DNA of 64,000 bases, from contig JAQGDQ010000638.1 of NCBI GenBank assembly GCA_030141605.1, forward strand, positions 1 through 64,000, written 5' to 3'. Position numbers and translations under genes: made by a program. Every line of letters starts with the position of its first letter. Position 1 is the first letter of the stretch. This stretch comes from Tubiluchus corallicola. Taxonomy: Eukaryota > Animalia > Priapulida. Of the stretch, positions 1 to 14,300 are shown one piece after another. The notes beneath the pieces were generated by a model, which made no database searches, was not told where the DNA came from, and worked only from the letters and a program-made list of their open reading frames with translations.

Positions 1-689
<689 letters not shown>

Positions 690-1413
690 ATTTTGTACAG
701 ATGAACTAACTTAAGATTGCAAAATCTGCGAAATAAATTATATACAATTACAAGCCACTGTTGCTCGTCATCAAAAAATTTCCCTCCCCGAAGCCACTGT
801 ATAGATTTCTGGTAGCTCCCACCCTTGGCCCTCATTCTTTGATTTACTAGAACTGGACTCTCTGACCCTGGTCTGTGTACAGAGTAAGAAACTTTTTAAA
901 AACACGTTTGAAAGACAATTTTAATAAGCATCTTTTAACAGGCACGTGTTTGACTGTCTTTGCCTATATCCGTAATATTTTAACACATTTGCAAAACTTA
1001 TATCTGTGCTGCGTATACTTTTTATCTTGCTTTCATTGTATAAACTTCTTGTAAATATTTTTAATATTTTTTTATAAAAGTTAAGTATGAAATAAATAAA
1101 TAAATAACTGCGTATCAAAAACTACAGAATCTACGTTAGAGGAAATGCTGACAAAGAAAAAAAATCAAGACTCTCCCGTTGATTGAAGTCGTCAATTGAG
1201 GACCGTGGTTACAGTACAGAGAAGTCAAGTACCTCTTTTGTACGCATCGTCTGTCAGACTGTTATGCAGACCTATAATTGCAAAAACCTAAATACGCCCG
1301 CGGTGAAGATTTAAACTAAATTAGACCCAGGCCAAATTGAAATTTTGTTTGATAGTAACGGTTGACTCTCTTAACTCCTGACTCTACCATGCAGGCAGAT
1401 CGTAATGCTCTTA

Positions 1414-1509
1414 TCAATCAATCAATCAATCAGTCAGTCAGTCAGTCAGTCAGTCAGTCAGTCAGTCAGTCAGTCAGTCAGTCAGTCAGTCAGTCAGTCA
1501 GTCAGTCAG

Positions 1510-1588
<79 letters not shown>

Positions 1589-1599
1589 CATCAGTCAAT

Positions 1600-1638
<39 letters not shown>
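1414..1638. repeat. (TCAA)n/(TCAG)n microsatellite
   Basis: Directly visible. Confidence 0.97.
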
Positions 1639-1639
<1 letters not shown>

Positions 1640-1797
1640 TTATTTCACTCCAGCAATACATATACAATACATCAACATACAATATTATTGAAACAAAAAG
1701 AAACAGTATAGGTAAAAAACGTTGATGAAGTCAAATTAACCAAATAAAAGAGTTGCTGTATGACACCTTGAAAGCTTGGCTTGTTAAGGTGGCACAA

Positions 1798-2230
1798 ATG
1801 AGTGAATGAAAGAATGGTTAGGGTTAGTAGAGATGATGGAATGGAAAAAAATAGTAAGAATAGGGATAGGAAGAAGGAAGGGAGGAGAGGATGAGTGAAT
1901 GAAAGAATGGTTAGGGTTAGTAGACATGATGGAATGGAAAAAATAGTAAATAGGTCAAGGAAGAAGGAAGAAGGAAGGGAGGGGAGGATGAGCGAATGAA
2001 AGAATGGTTAGGGTTAGTAGACATGATGGAATGTAAAAAAATAGTAAATGGGGGTAGGAAGAAGGAAGAGAGGAGAGGATGAGTGAATGAAAGAATGGTT
2101 AGGGTTAGTAGATATGATGGAATGGAAAAAAAGTAAGATTAGGAGAGGAAGAAGGAAGGGAGGGGAGGATGAGTGAATGAAAGAATGGTTAGGGTTAGTA
2201 GACATGATGGAATGGAAAAAAATAGTAAAT
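1798..2230. repeat. Purine-rich tandem repeat of about 90-97 bp, about 5 copies
   Basis: ATGAGTGAATGAAAGAATGGTTAGGGTTAGTAGA recurs at 1798, 1891, 1988, 2079, 2169. Confidence 0.92.
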
Positions 2231-2370
2231 TGGGTTTAACTGCAAGCTAGAAGCCCATGAGTTAAGTGGTTTTTTCATAGCAATGACTTGAGAAGATTCA
2301 AGTACGGAAAAATTATAATGGGAAAGCCAATGTAGGCTTTAAGAATTGGGTCGCAAAGAGAGAACAAGTT

Positions 2371-2655
2371 ATCATGAAAGATGAATTCCATCCAGGTAAT
2401 AAATATTTTGAAATGCTCCCCTCTGGTTGTAGATTCTACTCCATTAACGCTAAAACCACAAGAACTTTAAATTCTTTCTATCCCGTTGCAATTCGCACCG
2501 TCAACAGTAAATTTCAGTAACCAATATCAATTCTCTATGTCACTGTACAACTGATTGAATTACTTGTGTTAATCTCCTTGTTGTTTTCATAAGTTATTGC
2601 AGTACGTAAAACCACATCAATTTCATTGTATGTATTATGACATAATGACAAAGAA

Positions 2656-2691
<36 letters not shown>

Positions 2692-2746
2692 CTACCTACC
2701 TACCTACCTACCTACCTACCTACCTACTTATTTACTTACTTACTTA
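2371..2746 (+). mobile_element. 3' end of a Rex1/Babar-like (CR1 group) LINE with (TTAC)n/(CTAC)n tail
   Basis: 2371-2520 encodes IMKDEFHPGNKYFEMLPSGCRF...TTRTLNSFYPVAIRTVN, matching the D..HP...F..LPSGRR...SF.P.AI pattern. The 3' UTR and tail are repeated at about 2832-2985. Confidence 0.7.
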
Positions 2747-4188
2747 AAATGCACTAAGTCTGTTCTCCTGGGATAGCCAGGCAGTACTAGTAGTAAGCCT
2801 TAGTAATATATGCCGGATTCTGCAGTACGCTAATTCTCTTTGTCACTGTACAACTGATTGAAGTACTTGTGTTGATCTCCTTGTTATTTCCATAAGTTAT
2901 TGCAGTACGTAAAACCACATAAATTTCATTGTATGTGTTATGCTATGATGACAAAGAATTGCTTACTTACTTACTTACTTACTTAAGCCCCTTGGCGCTC
3001 GTGTAATTGTGACTCAAGACACGTGCCACTTCAACCAGGTAACCCACAAAATCTGTGAAATTAATAACTTTACGTGACAGGTCAAACGAAAAATGGAATT
3101 AAAAAACAATCACTTTCTTTTATTGCAGTCACTGCGCTTATTATGCATCGTTTAGTTCTGCTGCAAAAACTGCCTAAGGATTAGCCTACTGATAGTGAAT
3201 CAGAGCGTTGGTAAAAATAATTCCAACTGAGCTGTCTTGGCCTACTGACACTAATTGATTGGCTAATAACCTTTCAGTTGTTTTAAATGTAACTACGGTT
3301 GTACCATACTGTTTTTATAATCGTTAGTTTCATTTCAGTTAATCTGCCAACCATTGCAATTGTTTGCTAAATTGTAAGAATGTTAAATTGTCTGTGTAAA
3401 TAAAATGGGTAACTCTTTCTTTTCTTACACTTAAACTTAAAGTGAGAAAGCGTGTAGCAGTTCAGTAAATAAGCTAATTCAACTCCGTGAGTACGTGTGT
3501 GATTCAGCAACCATAATTATAAAATGTAAATAAACTTCTTGATAAATATAAACAAAGCATCGGATTAAAAACTGTAAATGTATTTACCAAAAAAAAAAAC
3601 AACAGCAAACAATGAATATAACGATTAACAACTAACAATAAAATATGCTTCACTGTAAATTTTGTAATTCAGAAAATGAGCTCAAAAATCTTAAGGACAC
3701 ATCATAAAAAACAATAGTTAAGAAACTAATAATTACAGCTACAATTACAATCAATATTTCAAAACAGACTATACCAAAATTTAGGTGAAATCCATACAAA
3801 TACATGGTAAACAAGAAATTTTCTAAAAAGGTGCCTGAAATTCAAATAATTGGCAACAAAACATTTGGTACAAGGAACATTTGACAAACGACAGTTTATT
3901 TAATTTAGTGATAGAATTAAACATTAATAACTAAATTATTAGTTGCTAATAATCATTGAACTAAAATAAACCGCAATTAAATGAATGATTAAACTGTAAT
4001 TAATTCATTAATAAAAGTTGACATTGTAGCAAAGAAACTTTCATTATTTATCTACATGGATGCTTTGCTCCATATAGGGAAGCACGTGTTAAATAAAGAA
4101 TGAAATCTTTGCTTAAAATCAAACTTAACAAACATGAAACAACTTTTGAAATAAGCTAATCAAACATAATTACACTTCTATGTGGACA

Positions 4189-4586
4189 CTTGTTTGCTGG
4201 ACCAGGTTTTTACTGATCGGTCACAATCTGGACACTAAAGTCTTGCATACTACGGACAGAATCCATTTCGTGAGCTGACCGCTAGTTGGCGGGCCGTCAC
4301 TTTGTTTACATTAGTGTAACCAAGCAACGTGTAACAACACATGTATAGATTGTATGTTAGCGTGTCTAAGTGACTTAATATTCATAATTTTGGTCAACTA
4401 CCGACATTTTTTTTAGTGATTTTGCATAGGAGCGGTTCATACTAGACATTTTTGAGACAATTAGGCGCTTGATTCTACAACACCGTGAGTCTAATACACG
4501 GCGCCTACTGTATTAGCTTAGTATCCGTAAATACGGACAATCAACAAATTCGGATCAACATCCCAGCTTTTGTCCGGCAAACCGAG
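4189..4586. mobile_element. Unclassified TIR element (family also at 55522-55941 and, inverted and partial, at about 17330-17530)
   Basis: Shared core GACC.CTAG.TGGC.GGCCGTCACTTTGTTTACA; ends ..GTTTGCTGGAC / GTCCGGCAAACCGAG. Confidence 0.6.
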
Positions 4587-5441
4587 ATATGAGTGTGCAA
4601 CACATAAAATTCGGCAATACTGAAAATTGAACAATAATATTTTTTTATACAATTATTAATAGTTAAATAATAAATATCTTGATTCTTACAACACCACATA
4701 TAACAATTCATACATGTAAATAAGAAATGAAATGAAATGTTATGCATAAGATTATGCAATTTGCTTTAAGATCCATGGTTTTCTACATTGACAGAAAACA
4801 GGTTTCTCACTCAGAATACAGAGAGGTAATTGATACAGCAAAATTATGCTACATTAGAAAGTCAGTGAATGTATTTCAGGGTAAATGTGACTTTTGAAGC
4901 AAATCTCCAGTAACTCACAGCTATAAGTAAAAAAGAAACAATACATAGTAAAAGAAAAACAGGAAAATATAACAATAGATAGTACATAACAAAGCCTGTA
5001 CATTCTAGTAACACACAGAACCAGTGACTTGAGTAGTAGCAGTGCAGTAATTAAATGTGAAATAAAAATCTTTGCAAGACAATTAAGTTGGAGAAATTTT
5101 GGCATGTTTACAAAGAATATGAATGTATCATTACTCGACACTAAAGTTTTAGAAGCAATTTTACACTATTAGTATGGAAAATATCTTTTAAGGAACTGCA
5201 ATAGCAAAATTTGGCACATCACTTCATGAATCAAGTATATTAACACTTATTCATTTAATCAAAATTCATGTAAATTAGACAAATAGATTTCTAAACAATT
5301 CTAGATTTAGATACTGTACGACATCTGTACTTTTAACCTTTATGTGCATTAACAAATATTAGATTCTTTTGCGACTGCTCGCAGCTTGCTTAGTTCTAGT
5401 AGCTAGAGAAACCAGAAACATACCTAAACAACAAAATATTA

Positions 5442-6190
5442 TTACATTTTCTTCCTGACTAGGTTTCTATGCCAGCTGATGCAGTCACATGGCAAGTCTG
5501 CTTGTGAGACAGTACACAAGTCACATTTATAAGGCTTTTCACCTGTATGTGTTCTCAGATGAAGATGCAAAGTTGATGACTGAGTAAATGCTTTATCACA
5601 TTTGTCACAATTATAAGGCTTCTCTCCTGTATGTGTTCTCACGTGACCATGCAAGTGTGATAACTGAGTAAAAGCTTTATCACATTTGTCACATTTAAAA
5701 GGCTTTTCCCCTGTATGTGTTCTCAGATGAGTGTGCAAAGTTGATGACTGAGTGAATGCTTTATCACATGTGTCACATTTATAAGGCTTCTCTCCTGTAT
5801 GTGTTCTCAGATGAACGTGCAGATTTGCTGATTGAATGAATGCTTTATCACATTTGTCACATTTATAAGGCTTTTCACCTGTATGTGTTCTCATGTGACG
5901 GAGCATAACGTGCACTTGCCCAAACCTTTTGCCACACTGAGTGCACTTATGAGGTCTGGAACCATTATGCACTTTTAAATGTAGTTGTAGACTTCCTAAC
6001 TGTGTGAATGACTTGCCACATTTCTCACACTTGTATGGCCGCTCACCAGTATGAACTCTAGTATGGTCAAGAAAATTACGTTTCACATCAGTCGAGTAGT
6101 GACAAGAATCACAAGCAAAACGTTTGCTGTTGTTGCTTAGAGTATGACAGTTATTACTTGGCTCATATCGTTGCACTGTACCTCTTGAAT
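5442..6190 (-). CDS. PRDM9: PRDM9-like terminal exon: 7 intact C2H2 fingers and a degenerate 8th
   Basis: TGEKP-linked C2H2 fingers; acceptor ttgtag|AT is in frame with ORF 5442..6176. Confidence 0.9.
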
Positions 6191-9100
6191 CTACAATAAT
6201 AGAACAATTATTTACCCGGCGATCAAAATGATTATCTACAGAGCAATGAGATTATTCAGAAATTGAGTTCATATTTTTTAGTATGCTATTCCTCATAAAA
6301 TTCAAATGCAGAGTAATTTCAATGTCCAGTAAGTTCTACTGGAAAAGTAAATCTGAAAAATTATTCTCAATATTGGCAAGATTTGAGACAGTTCCTAATA
6401 GTATAAGTTTATTTATCGTGTTTTGAATGTAAATTAAGTTCTTATAATGAGTGCATTTGCTTTTTTGCAATTTCTTTCTCAAATGCTAAATAAATTGCAA
6501 AAAACTGAAACTTAGTGAAGAAACCAAATACATATTCTAAGAAGAGAAAATTCTTAAAGCAAGATTTGAGCTATGATTAAAATCTAAACAAGAAGTTACT
6601 GAATGATTGATGAGAGCTTGAGACATGGCTTCAGGGTTTTCTCTTTTTAACATATTTGGTTTCATCGCTAAGTTCAAGTTTTTTGCAATTTATTTAGCAC
6701 AAACACTCCATGGCAGGGTTTATTTAATGTTGGTGGTTGTGGCAGGACCAAAACCTTGTGCTTAAAGGCTAATATTCTAAGATGAGGGCCCAAACTGACA
6801 AAGCATTCTCAGCTCTGTTCTAACAAAAATAAGCTTTCCTCAATGAGTTAAATATAGCCACAACCAGCACAATGAAAGAAACAAACTAATGAATCTGATG
6901 GTTATCCATTTATTCACGTAAGGGTCGTTGGTCAAACAAAACCAGATCCAAAACTGCAGGTCAAAACAATCTACTATTTAAAACATTGAAAGCAAACATA
7001 CTACTACTTCAAAAATGACTTTCGTGAAAGAATTACCACACAAACAAAATTTCACATTCGCGTCACTAGTTCTTCACTGTTACATGCCCTTTGCCATTCG
7101 CTAGTTAGACGGGCACTAGCACTTATATTTTGGAAATGCATTGCGCAAAAACAGGTGATGTATTTCTCAGTTCAGATGTGTCAGTCTGTGAGGAACTACA
7201 CATCGTTCGGCAGCTCATGTGTGAGTACAGCGGCAAATTTGAAATTTTGATGCTGTTAGCGGGATGCCAACAGCATCGTCGATGTGCACACCCTGCCGAA
7301 TATAACAGCAGTCTCCCTGGACCCAGGGAGAAATGGGCAGGTGGTTCAGGTACCCTGTGGACGGACGATGAAATGAGGCTAATGGCCGAACAGGAACTTG
7401 AGTTCCTAGGAAAGGAAACATCTGTTAAGGGGCTCAACAAGTTTCTCCACGAGAAGCTGCCCCACCGCACAGTTGGGGCCATAGCCACAATGAGGAAGTC
7501 TGTATGCTACCGCACTCTAAGAGATGGGTTAAGAGCTGCCGAGGTAAATGTTAACGAAATGGCAGGGAGAGAGCATCGAGTTGATGGACCACAACCCGGT
7601 ATGAGGGCAAGCCGGGAACCCGGTGAGGAACAGCTGGCAAACCGGGACACACTTAGAGAAAGTATAGAAAGGGATACAGAAACTGGAAATATGCAAAATC
7701 GTAGTGACATGGTTGCGGCTCTGGCATTCGCTAGAGCTGCATTTGGAGGTGGCGATTTGGATGGGGCCTTTCAGGCACTGAGTGAGGCATGGTTCCCGGT
7801 GGACGCCCGTCCACAACCAGCCAGACCTCGTCCTGTTAGGAGAGCTCCCGATCGACCCACTAACTGCCAAAAACGCAGGAGGGAAAGGTATAAGATGTAC
7901 CAGAGACTGTATCAAAGAGACAGACGCAAGCTTGCGAACGTCGTACTCGATGATGCACCCCTGGAAGTCAAGTATCCTCCCATTGACTGCATCGAGCAAA
8001 CGTACATCCAGAGATTCGAGAAACCTTCCCTACCGGACGACGAACCCATCGAGGACTTCAAACCGTGTGGAGACCCAGACAGCCTCTGTGCTCCCATAGC
8101 ACAAGAGGAAGTGGCAAAAACATTCAAAGCAATGAAGTCCAATTCGTCTCCTGGTCCGGATAGGGGGGTCACGATGCAAGCCCTCCGGAGGGTAAGCAAG
8201 GGTGCGATAACCCTTGTCTTCAAGGTATGGCAATTCCTAAAGAAGGTCCCAAACAGCCTGAAGGAATGCCGTACCACCCTCCTCCCCAAGTCTGTTGAGG
8301 GCTTGCAGGACGTCAGTAACTGGCGGCCTATCACAATCGGATCCCTATTGCTCAGGTGGTATGCCAAGATTCTAACCACCAGAATCCAGGCAACGGTCAA
8401 GCTCAACCCACTCCAGAGAGCCTTCCAACCAAGAGACGGCTGTTCCGAAAACCTGACTCTCCTAAGCACCGTGATTCGGGATGCCCGAGCAAGTCATAGG
8501 GAATTAAACATCGCATTCCTTGACTTAGCAAAGGCGTTCGACACGGTACCTCACACCTCGATCGTGAGGGCAATGCGAAGGTTCAGCCTCCCAGAGCAGG
8601 TTCGGCAAATCATTCGGGATATGTATACGGGTGCTGCTACACGAATATCGATACCGGAAGCAAATACCTGCCGTATTAGCATCACGTCAGGTGTTAAGCA
8701 GGGATGCCCGCTATCACCCCTGCTTTTCAACCTGGTAATCGACGAACTGATCTCGAAAGTCGGTTCTCGATTTGGCTATGGGATCGACGAGCACCAAGTG
8801 GCTATAGTTGGTTTTGCCGACGACCTAGTCCTAATGTCAGCCTCGAAACATGGCATGGGAGTTTTGTTGGAGACAGCCAATGGCTTCTTCACGAAACGAG
8901 GCATGGCTTTAAGCGCCAACAAATGCAAAGCCATGAGGCTAGCCAAGGCATACCGGCAAAAGGCTATGAAAGTGCTAATAGAACCCACATGGGAGATCAG
9001 CCAGACTCCTATTCCAATGCTGGGAGTCAGTGATGCATACAAATACCTGGGAATTCCTATGACTGCTAAGGGACGACCCACAATGGACACCAAGTCCCTT

Positions 9101-11264
9101 AAAGCATGGCTTATAAGAGTGGAAGGGGCACCACTCAAGCCTCAACAAAAGGTGGATATGATCAGACAATATGTGATTCCGCGTCTGACATACCACTTCC
9201 GTATATGTGAGGTTCATATGAATGGCCTCAAGGGAGCAGACAGGCTTATAAGATCAAGCCTAAAACGTATACTTCATATGGTGACGGATGTCCCGAATGC
9301 ATTCTTCTACATGCCAATGAAGAAGGGAGGGCTGGGATTTTCTTGTCTTGAAAAGGATGTTCCTTTGATGAAAGTCAAGATACTCAGTCGATTGCAGGCC
9401 TCACCAGATCCGCTGGTGAACATGAGTGCATTTGCTCCAGTGTGGAATAGGGAGCTTGAGTGGGCTAAGAGGGTGGCGGGCCTCGAAGCCTACAGTAACG
9501 CAAAAGACATAAATCGTGCAAAAAGGGATAACGATCGCAAACATCTATCGGCATTCAACGGTAAAGTGCATGGGAAGGGTTTTGCAGCCGTGTCTGCTGA
9601 CCCACTGAGTACCCATTACCTACGTAGCAGCACACTCCTGAGCGGGGGTGATTATATCTTGGTTCTCAAGATGATCACCAACTCTCTACCAGTTAGAGTT
9701 AACACCACGAGAGGACAACCCAATGCAATCAGGAGATGTCGCAGGTGCGGGAGACATGCAGAGAGTCAGGTTCACGTACTTCAACAGTGCATAACAGTAA
9801 ACAATGCCATATCACGAAGGCACAATGCACTGTGCGAGGTGCTCGCCGAAGCCTTGAAGGGGCAGGGCTTTACGGTCGTCAGGGAACCTTGGTTCGAGAT
9901 CAACAGATCTTCTGAACGTCAGAGCCAAACTAGTCCGCTCGGCGATTAGAGGCTCATGTATGGTGTTTAGAAAGTTCCTGGGAAGGCAAAGGAGGGAGAC
10001 CTAGGTCATCTCCTGCTCAGGATGTTACCACTCGAGTTCTTACATCCAAACGTGTGAAAGGTTTATACCTAGGGGAAATCCGACTACTCTATGAGTAGCC
10101 GGTGGATACCGTACCTTTACGGTATCGAAAAGGCAAGTTTTGTTGGGTCTGGAGAAATCCAGTTCCCACGGAATTGACGGATGCTGTATCTTTACGGAAG
10201 AATTTGGAATTTGGCAAGTTTGACTGGGAGTCAAAAGGCAACACACAGGTGAACAGATCCGACGCCTGTGAAATCTGAGAAAATAAAAAATAAAAAATAA
10301 ATTTTTATCTTAAAACTTGCCGAGTTTTAGTACAACACCCTGGATATCTTACAGTAGCACTGTACATAAATTTTCACACAAACAAGTGCAAAACACTAAT
10401 GGAATGTTTTTGATATTTAAAATTATGCAAGTTTGTAATGTCATCAATAGTCATCCATTATTCAGTAGTCATGGATGTCAAGTTTGTCTGCCATTATTTA
10501 AGTTTTTTGATTTATTATTTAGTTATCAGAAATGCTTTTGCGGTATTAATTATGTTGAAATGTATACTTTTTATTGATTTTGAAAATGGGGTAATATATG
10601 AAAAATCAATGTTGAAAGTTCAAACAATTTACAATATTTTCACTTTGGCTAAATATCACTATATCACTCACATGTACATTAGCCTTCTTTAACTGCTTTC
10701 ACTTTGAAGTGAACTTTATTGGTTCAATGACCTACTGAAATATTAACAGCTATTATAGACATAGTACATTAGTAAACTACAATATCATGAATAGTAATAA
10801 CATATAAGATAAGATTACCTATATATTCTAAATGCACCTGTTTACGATGTTTATTAAGTTCTCTCAAGTTGCCAGTTGTGAAATCACATTTAGGACACTG
10901 TACACGGATGGACACTACAGGTAAATGAAAATGCATGAAAATGATTATTTTGACAAAAATGTAAATAATACTAAGCTTATAAGCTGATAGCATTGTATCT
11001 TATAATGTAGCATATTAAAATAAACATTTAATAGCCTTTTAAGATTTCTCTAAAAACTGAGGTTTGAGAGTTTGTTGTAGAGAACATTGTGTAAAAGATT
11101 TAAAAGATTAACCAGCTCCTATGGTTTACCAACACAGGGTCTCTCTCACTCACATCCTTTCCCCCTCTCTCTACTTCTCTGTCACCTTCCCCCTCCCCTC
11201 TCCACCTCCCACTCTCTCCCTCCTCTCTCTCTCTCTCTCTCTCTCACTCTCTCTCTCTCTCTCT

Positions 11265-11315
<51 letters not shown>

Positions 11316-14300
11316 TCTGTCCCTCTCCAACTTATTCCACACAACTTTTTGCTTAATCTGTGCTCAGATCAGTGCAGATAAGGACTTATGAGTGTGTAGG
11401 TCTAAGTATTTGCCATATGATACTTTGCATTACATACTTGATGCTTTACTAGGTTGAAACATCAACATTCTCAATCTTAATGTTAATAATTAATAGCTAC
11501 AATTGCTCGCTTACCAGGGGTCTGACGTTGCATCTCTTTAGCACGATGATTTTCCAAACCCAGTTCCTTTGCATACGAATCACCATAAAACACCAGTAAT
11601 TCAACAGCCTCTGGTACAGTTTCAAATGTCCTATAGTATATTCCACCTTTATACTGAAAAGCTATAAGATTCTGTTCCTCATCACACCTTGCGCAGTTCA
11701 CATATCTCATCCAATTCGATTTACTTTTATTTTCCGCATCTATATAGTGAGACACCTTGCCATGCTTCATGATCTAAACGAAAAAAATATTATTGATAAA
11801 TAGAAGTGAATTTTGGAGAAAGGATTGTACTAAAAAAACACGTCAAGTTTGATAGTAAGTTAAGCGCAAAATTAAGCATGTCTACGAAGTAGGCAAAAAC
11901 AAAAGTTATTTTTAGAGATATAGATATAAGGATCCAATTAAACCTATAGGAGTATACAAAGGCATAGAACTTACTTTATTTGACATCCATGAACAAATGT
12001 TTTGTATATAAAGAGAGGTGAACCAAGCATAATGAATGTACTACATACTGCCTATATAATTTAAAGAAAAGCAAATGTAGGAAATTTCGCTAAGAATCTC
12101 GTTAGTCAAGTGACCACCGGGCATTCACCTGTTCAGATTTGTTTCTACCTGGGCAAGTGAGTTAGTTGGTAGACGTTAACAAGCTTCTTTAAAAGTAGTT
12201 TTTCACAGTATGATAGTGATAATTTGTCAGATATATTGGTAAATACTAGATTTGCTTTATGGAGACATACGATGTAAGTAAATACATCATTTTGTATTAT
12301 TTTGAATCATTATGAACTGATCACTTTGAACATTTTAGTTTAATGAATGACAATCTTATACTTCGACAGAACGTGTTACATAGTATGAATTAGTAAAATT
12401 ACCAAATTAGGTTTACTTAATCTTTGTGTTTAGTAAAGTCTAGAACTACAGAATTTAATGCAAATTTGTAAAATAGCCTTTTTATTTTTTTTCAATAGAA
12501 ATGACGTATAAAACGCTATAATATTTTGTTGGAATATGGCGGACATTGATTGTAGTACAGCAAACATTCATCTATCTGGTGAATTTTTAAGCTTTCAACA
12601 ACTCACAGTTACGGATATGAAAATGTGAAATACTTGTTGCAATGCATTTTTTGTTCCAAAGGGTTCAAGGAGGCCTGCAAACAGTACTTCAGTGAAATTT
12701 TTACAAAAACTCGACTGATAAATTTGAAATGATCAAACTTTCACCTGCCAACAGTAACCAGTGACATGTGCCTCATTTTCACTGATGTACCGCACCACTC
12801 CTTTATAAGGTCCAAACACCCAACCAGCGGGTACGGGCTTCTCTGTCCAAACTCCAAGACCAGCGCCTCTGATAGCAGACGGACCAACAGAAAGGAAATC
12901 AGGGATAGTAGCATCGGCGTAGCTGCTGAAAGAGTGTCCCTTTTCTACCTGAATAAGGTGATAGTTGTTCACAATTTGTTTACTTAGTTTGTAAAACTGG
13001 AACACTATTACAGACAACTAATAGTTGGGGCCTTATAATTTATGTATAATTTTGAATGCTGTTAAGCATTAAAATATTGGGTGCTGGAGAAACTGAGGAA
13101 TTACAGGTGAAAGGAGTAAATGTCACAGTATTCTCCAGCTGCATTAAAGGACGACAGAATGATTTTTCATATACTATTCCATTTTTAATTCGGATAAAAA
13201 GTACTAGTTTTAACACAATAATCAGCCAATTACTTAATTCTGCGAGAACTTTACGCCGAGAACATTCACCTAATTCCTTGCACCTTTATATTATATAACG
13301 CTTACTATGATTACTTACATATGCAAATATCAAACACTTTTTCATCACTTTAGGTTGAAAATATAACATTTCGTAGTTTTGACTTAGTTTCAAGAAAATT
13401 CACGTAAAAGCTACAATATACTTACCTTGGTATCAGGTACAAAGTACATAGGACCATGTAAAGGACAGTCACCTTCATACTCCCTTTCACAACGATCACA
13501 ATCTGCAAATAATTCTACTCTTATAACTTCCACTAAAAACAACATGTAGTGAATTGCAATTTATTTACCAGGAATTATCAAAATTACTTCAGTGACACGA
13601 TTTACACAGAATGCAAATTCACCACTTACACAGGAAATCATCGTCATCTGGTAGCTCTGGTTCAGCATAATTCTTTCGTGGAATATTGCGCATAGAATAG
13701 CGACGAATCCCTCTTTCCTTTGCGCAAGATTTCGTCTGTTGGCTGTCAGCATCTTCTTTTGATGCACTCTCATCTAAATGTGCTTCTCTTTGAGAGGATG
13801 TATCGTTTTGTTGCTCCACCACCAAGACCTGATCTGCATCCTCTTTGTCTACTTTGTCATTTGGCACTTCTTTGCCCTGCCCAGGTAAATTAATATTTTC
13901 ACACAATGGACTGTCAGAGGGAACTTGCAAGTTGGAACTCTTTTCAAGCCATTCACTGTTGCGATGCTTTTCCTCTTCTGCGCCATTAGACGTACATTGT
14001 GGGTTCTGATAGGCTGCCTGCTCTGGCAAGCCAGGTTCCTCTTCCGCTGTGCCTAAAATACTCCAGATGTTTCAACAAATGTAGCTAAATTTATAAGAAT
14101 AAAATCTATTACATACAGATAAATTATTGTTTCATGATCAATTAATATTACCGTAAATTTAAAATACAATGTCCCCTCACTTGTTCTGTTCCGTTCCAGG
14201 CCCATCTGCGATATGTGAATTTCCGTGAAGTAGGGACGCTATACTTATTTTAGTAGTTATACAGTGTTCCCTCACTTGTTCTGTTCCGTTCCAAGCCCAC

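Noticed and set aside
1362-1725. SQSV/NQSI ORFs
   Set aside because: Tetranucleotide microsatellite.
5442-6176. Stand-alone zinc-finger gene
   Set aside because: No ATG start; a phase-1 acceptor at 6190 joins it to the upstream PR/SET exons.
7123-9217. Antisense and alternate-frame ORFs over the retroelement
   Set aside because: Shadow ORFs of a GC-richer coding region with no recognisable motifs.
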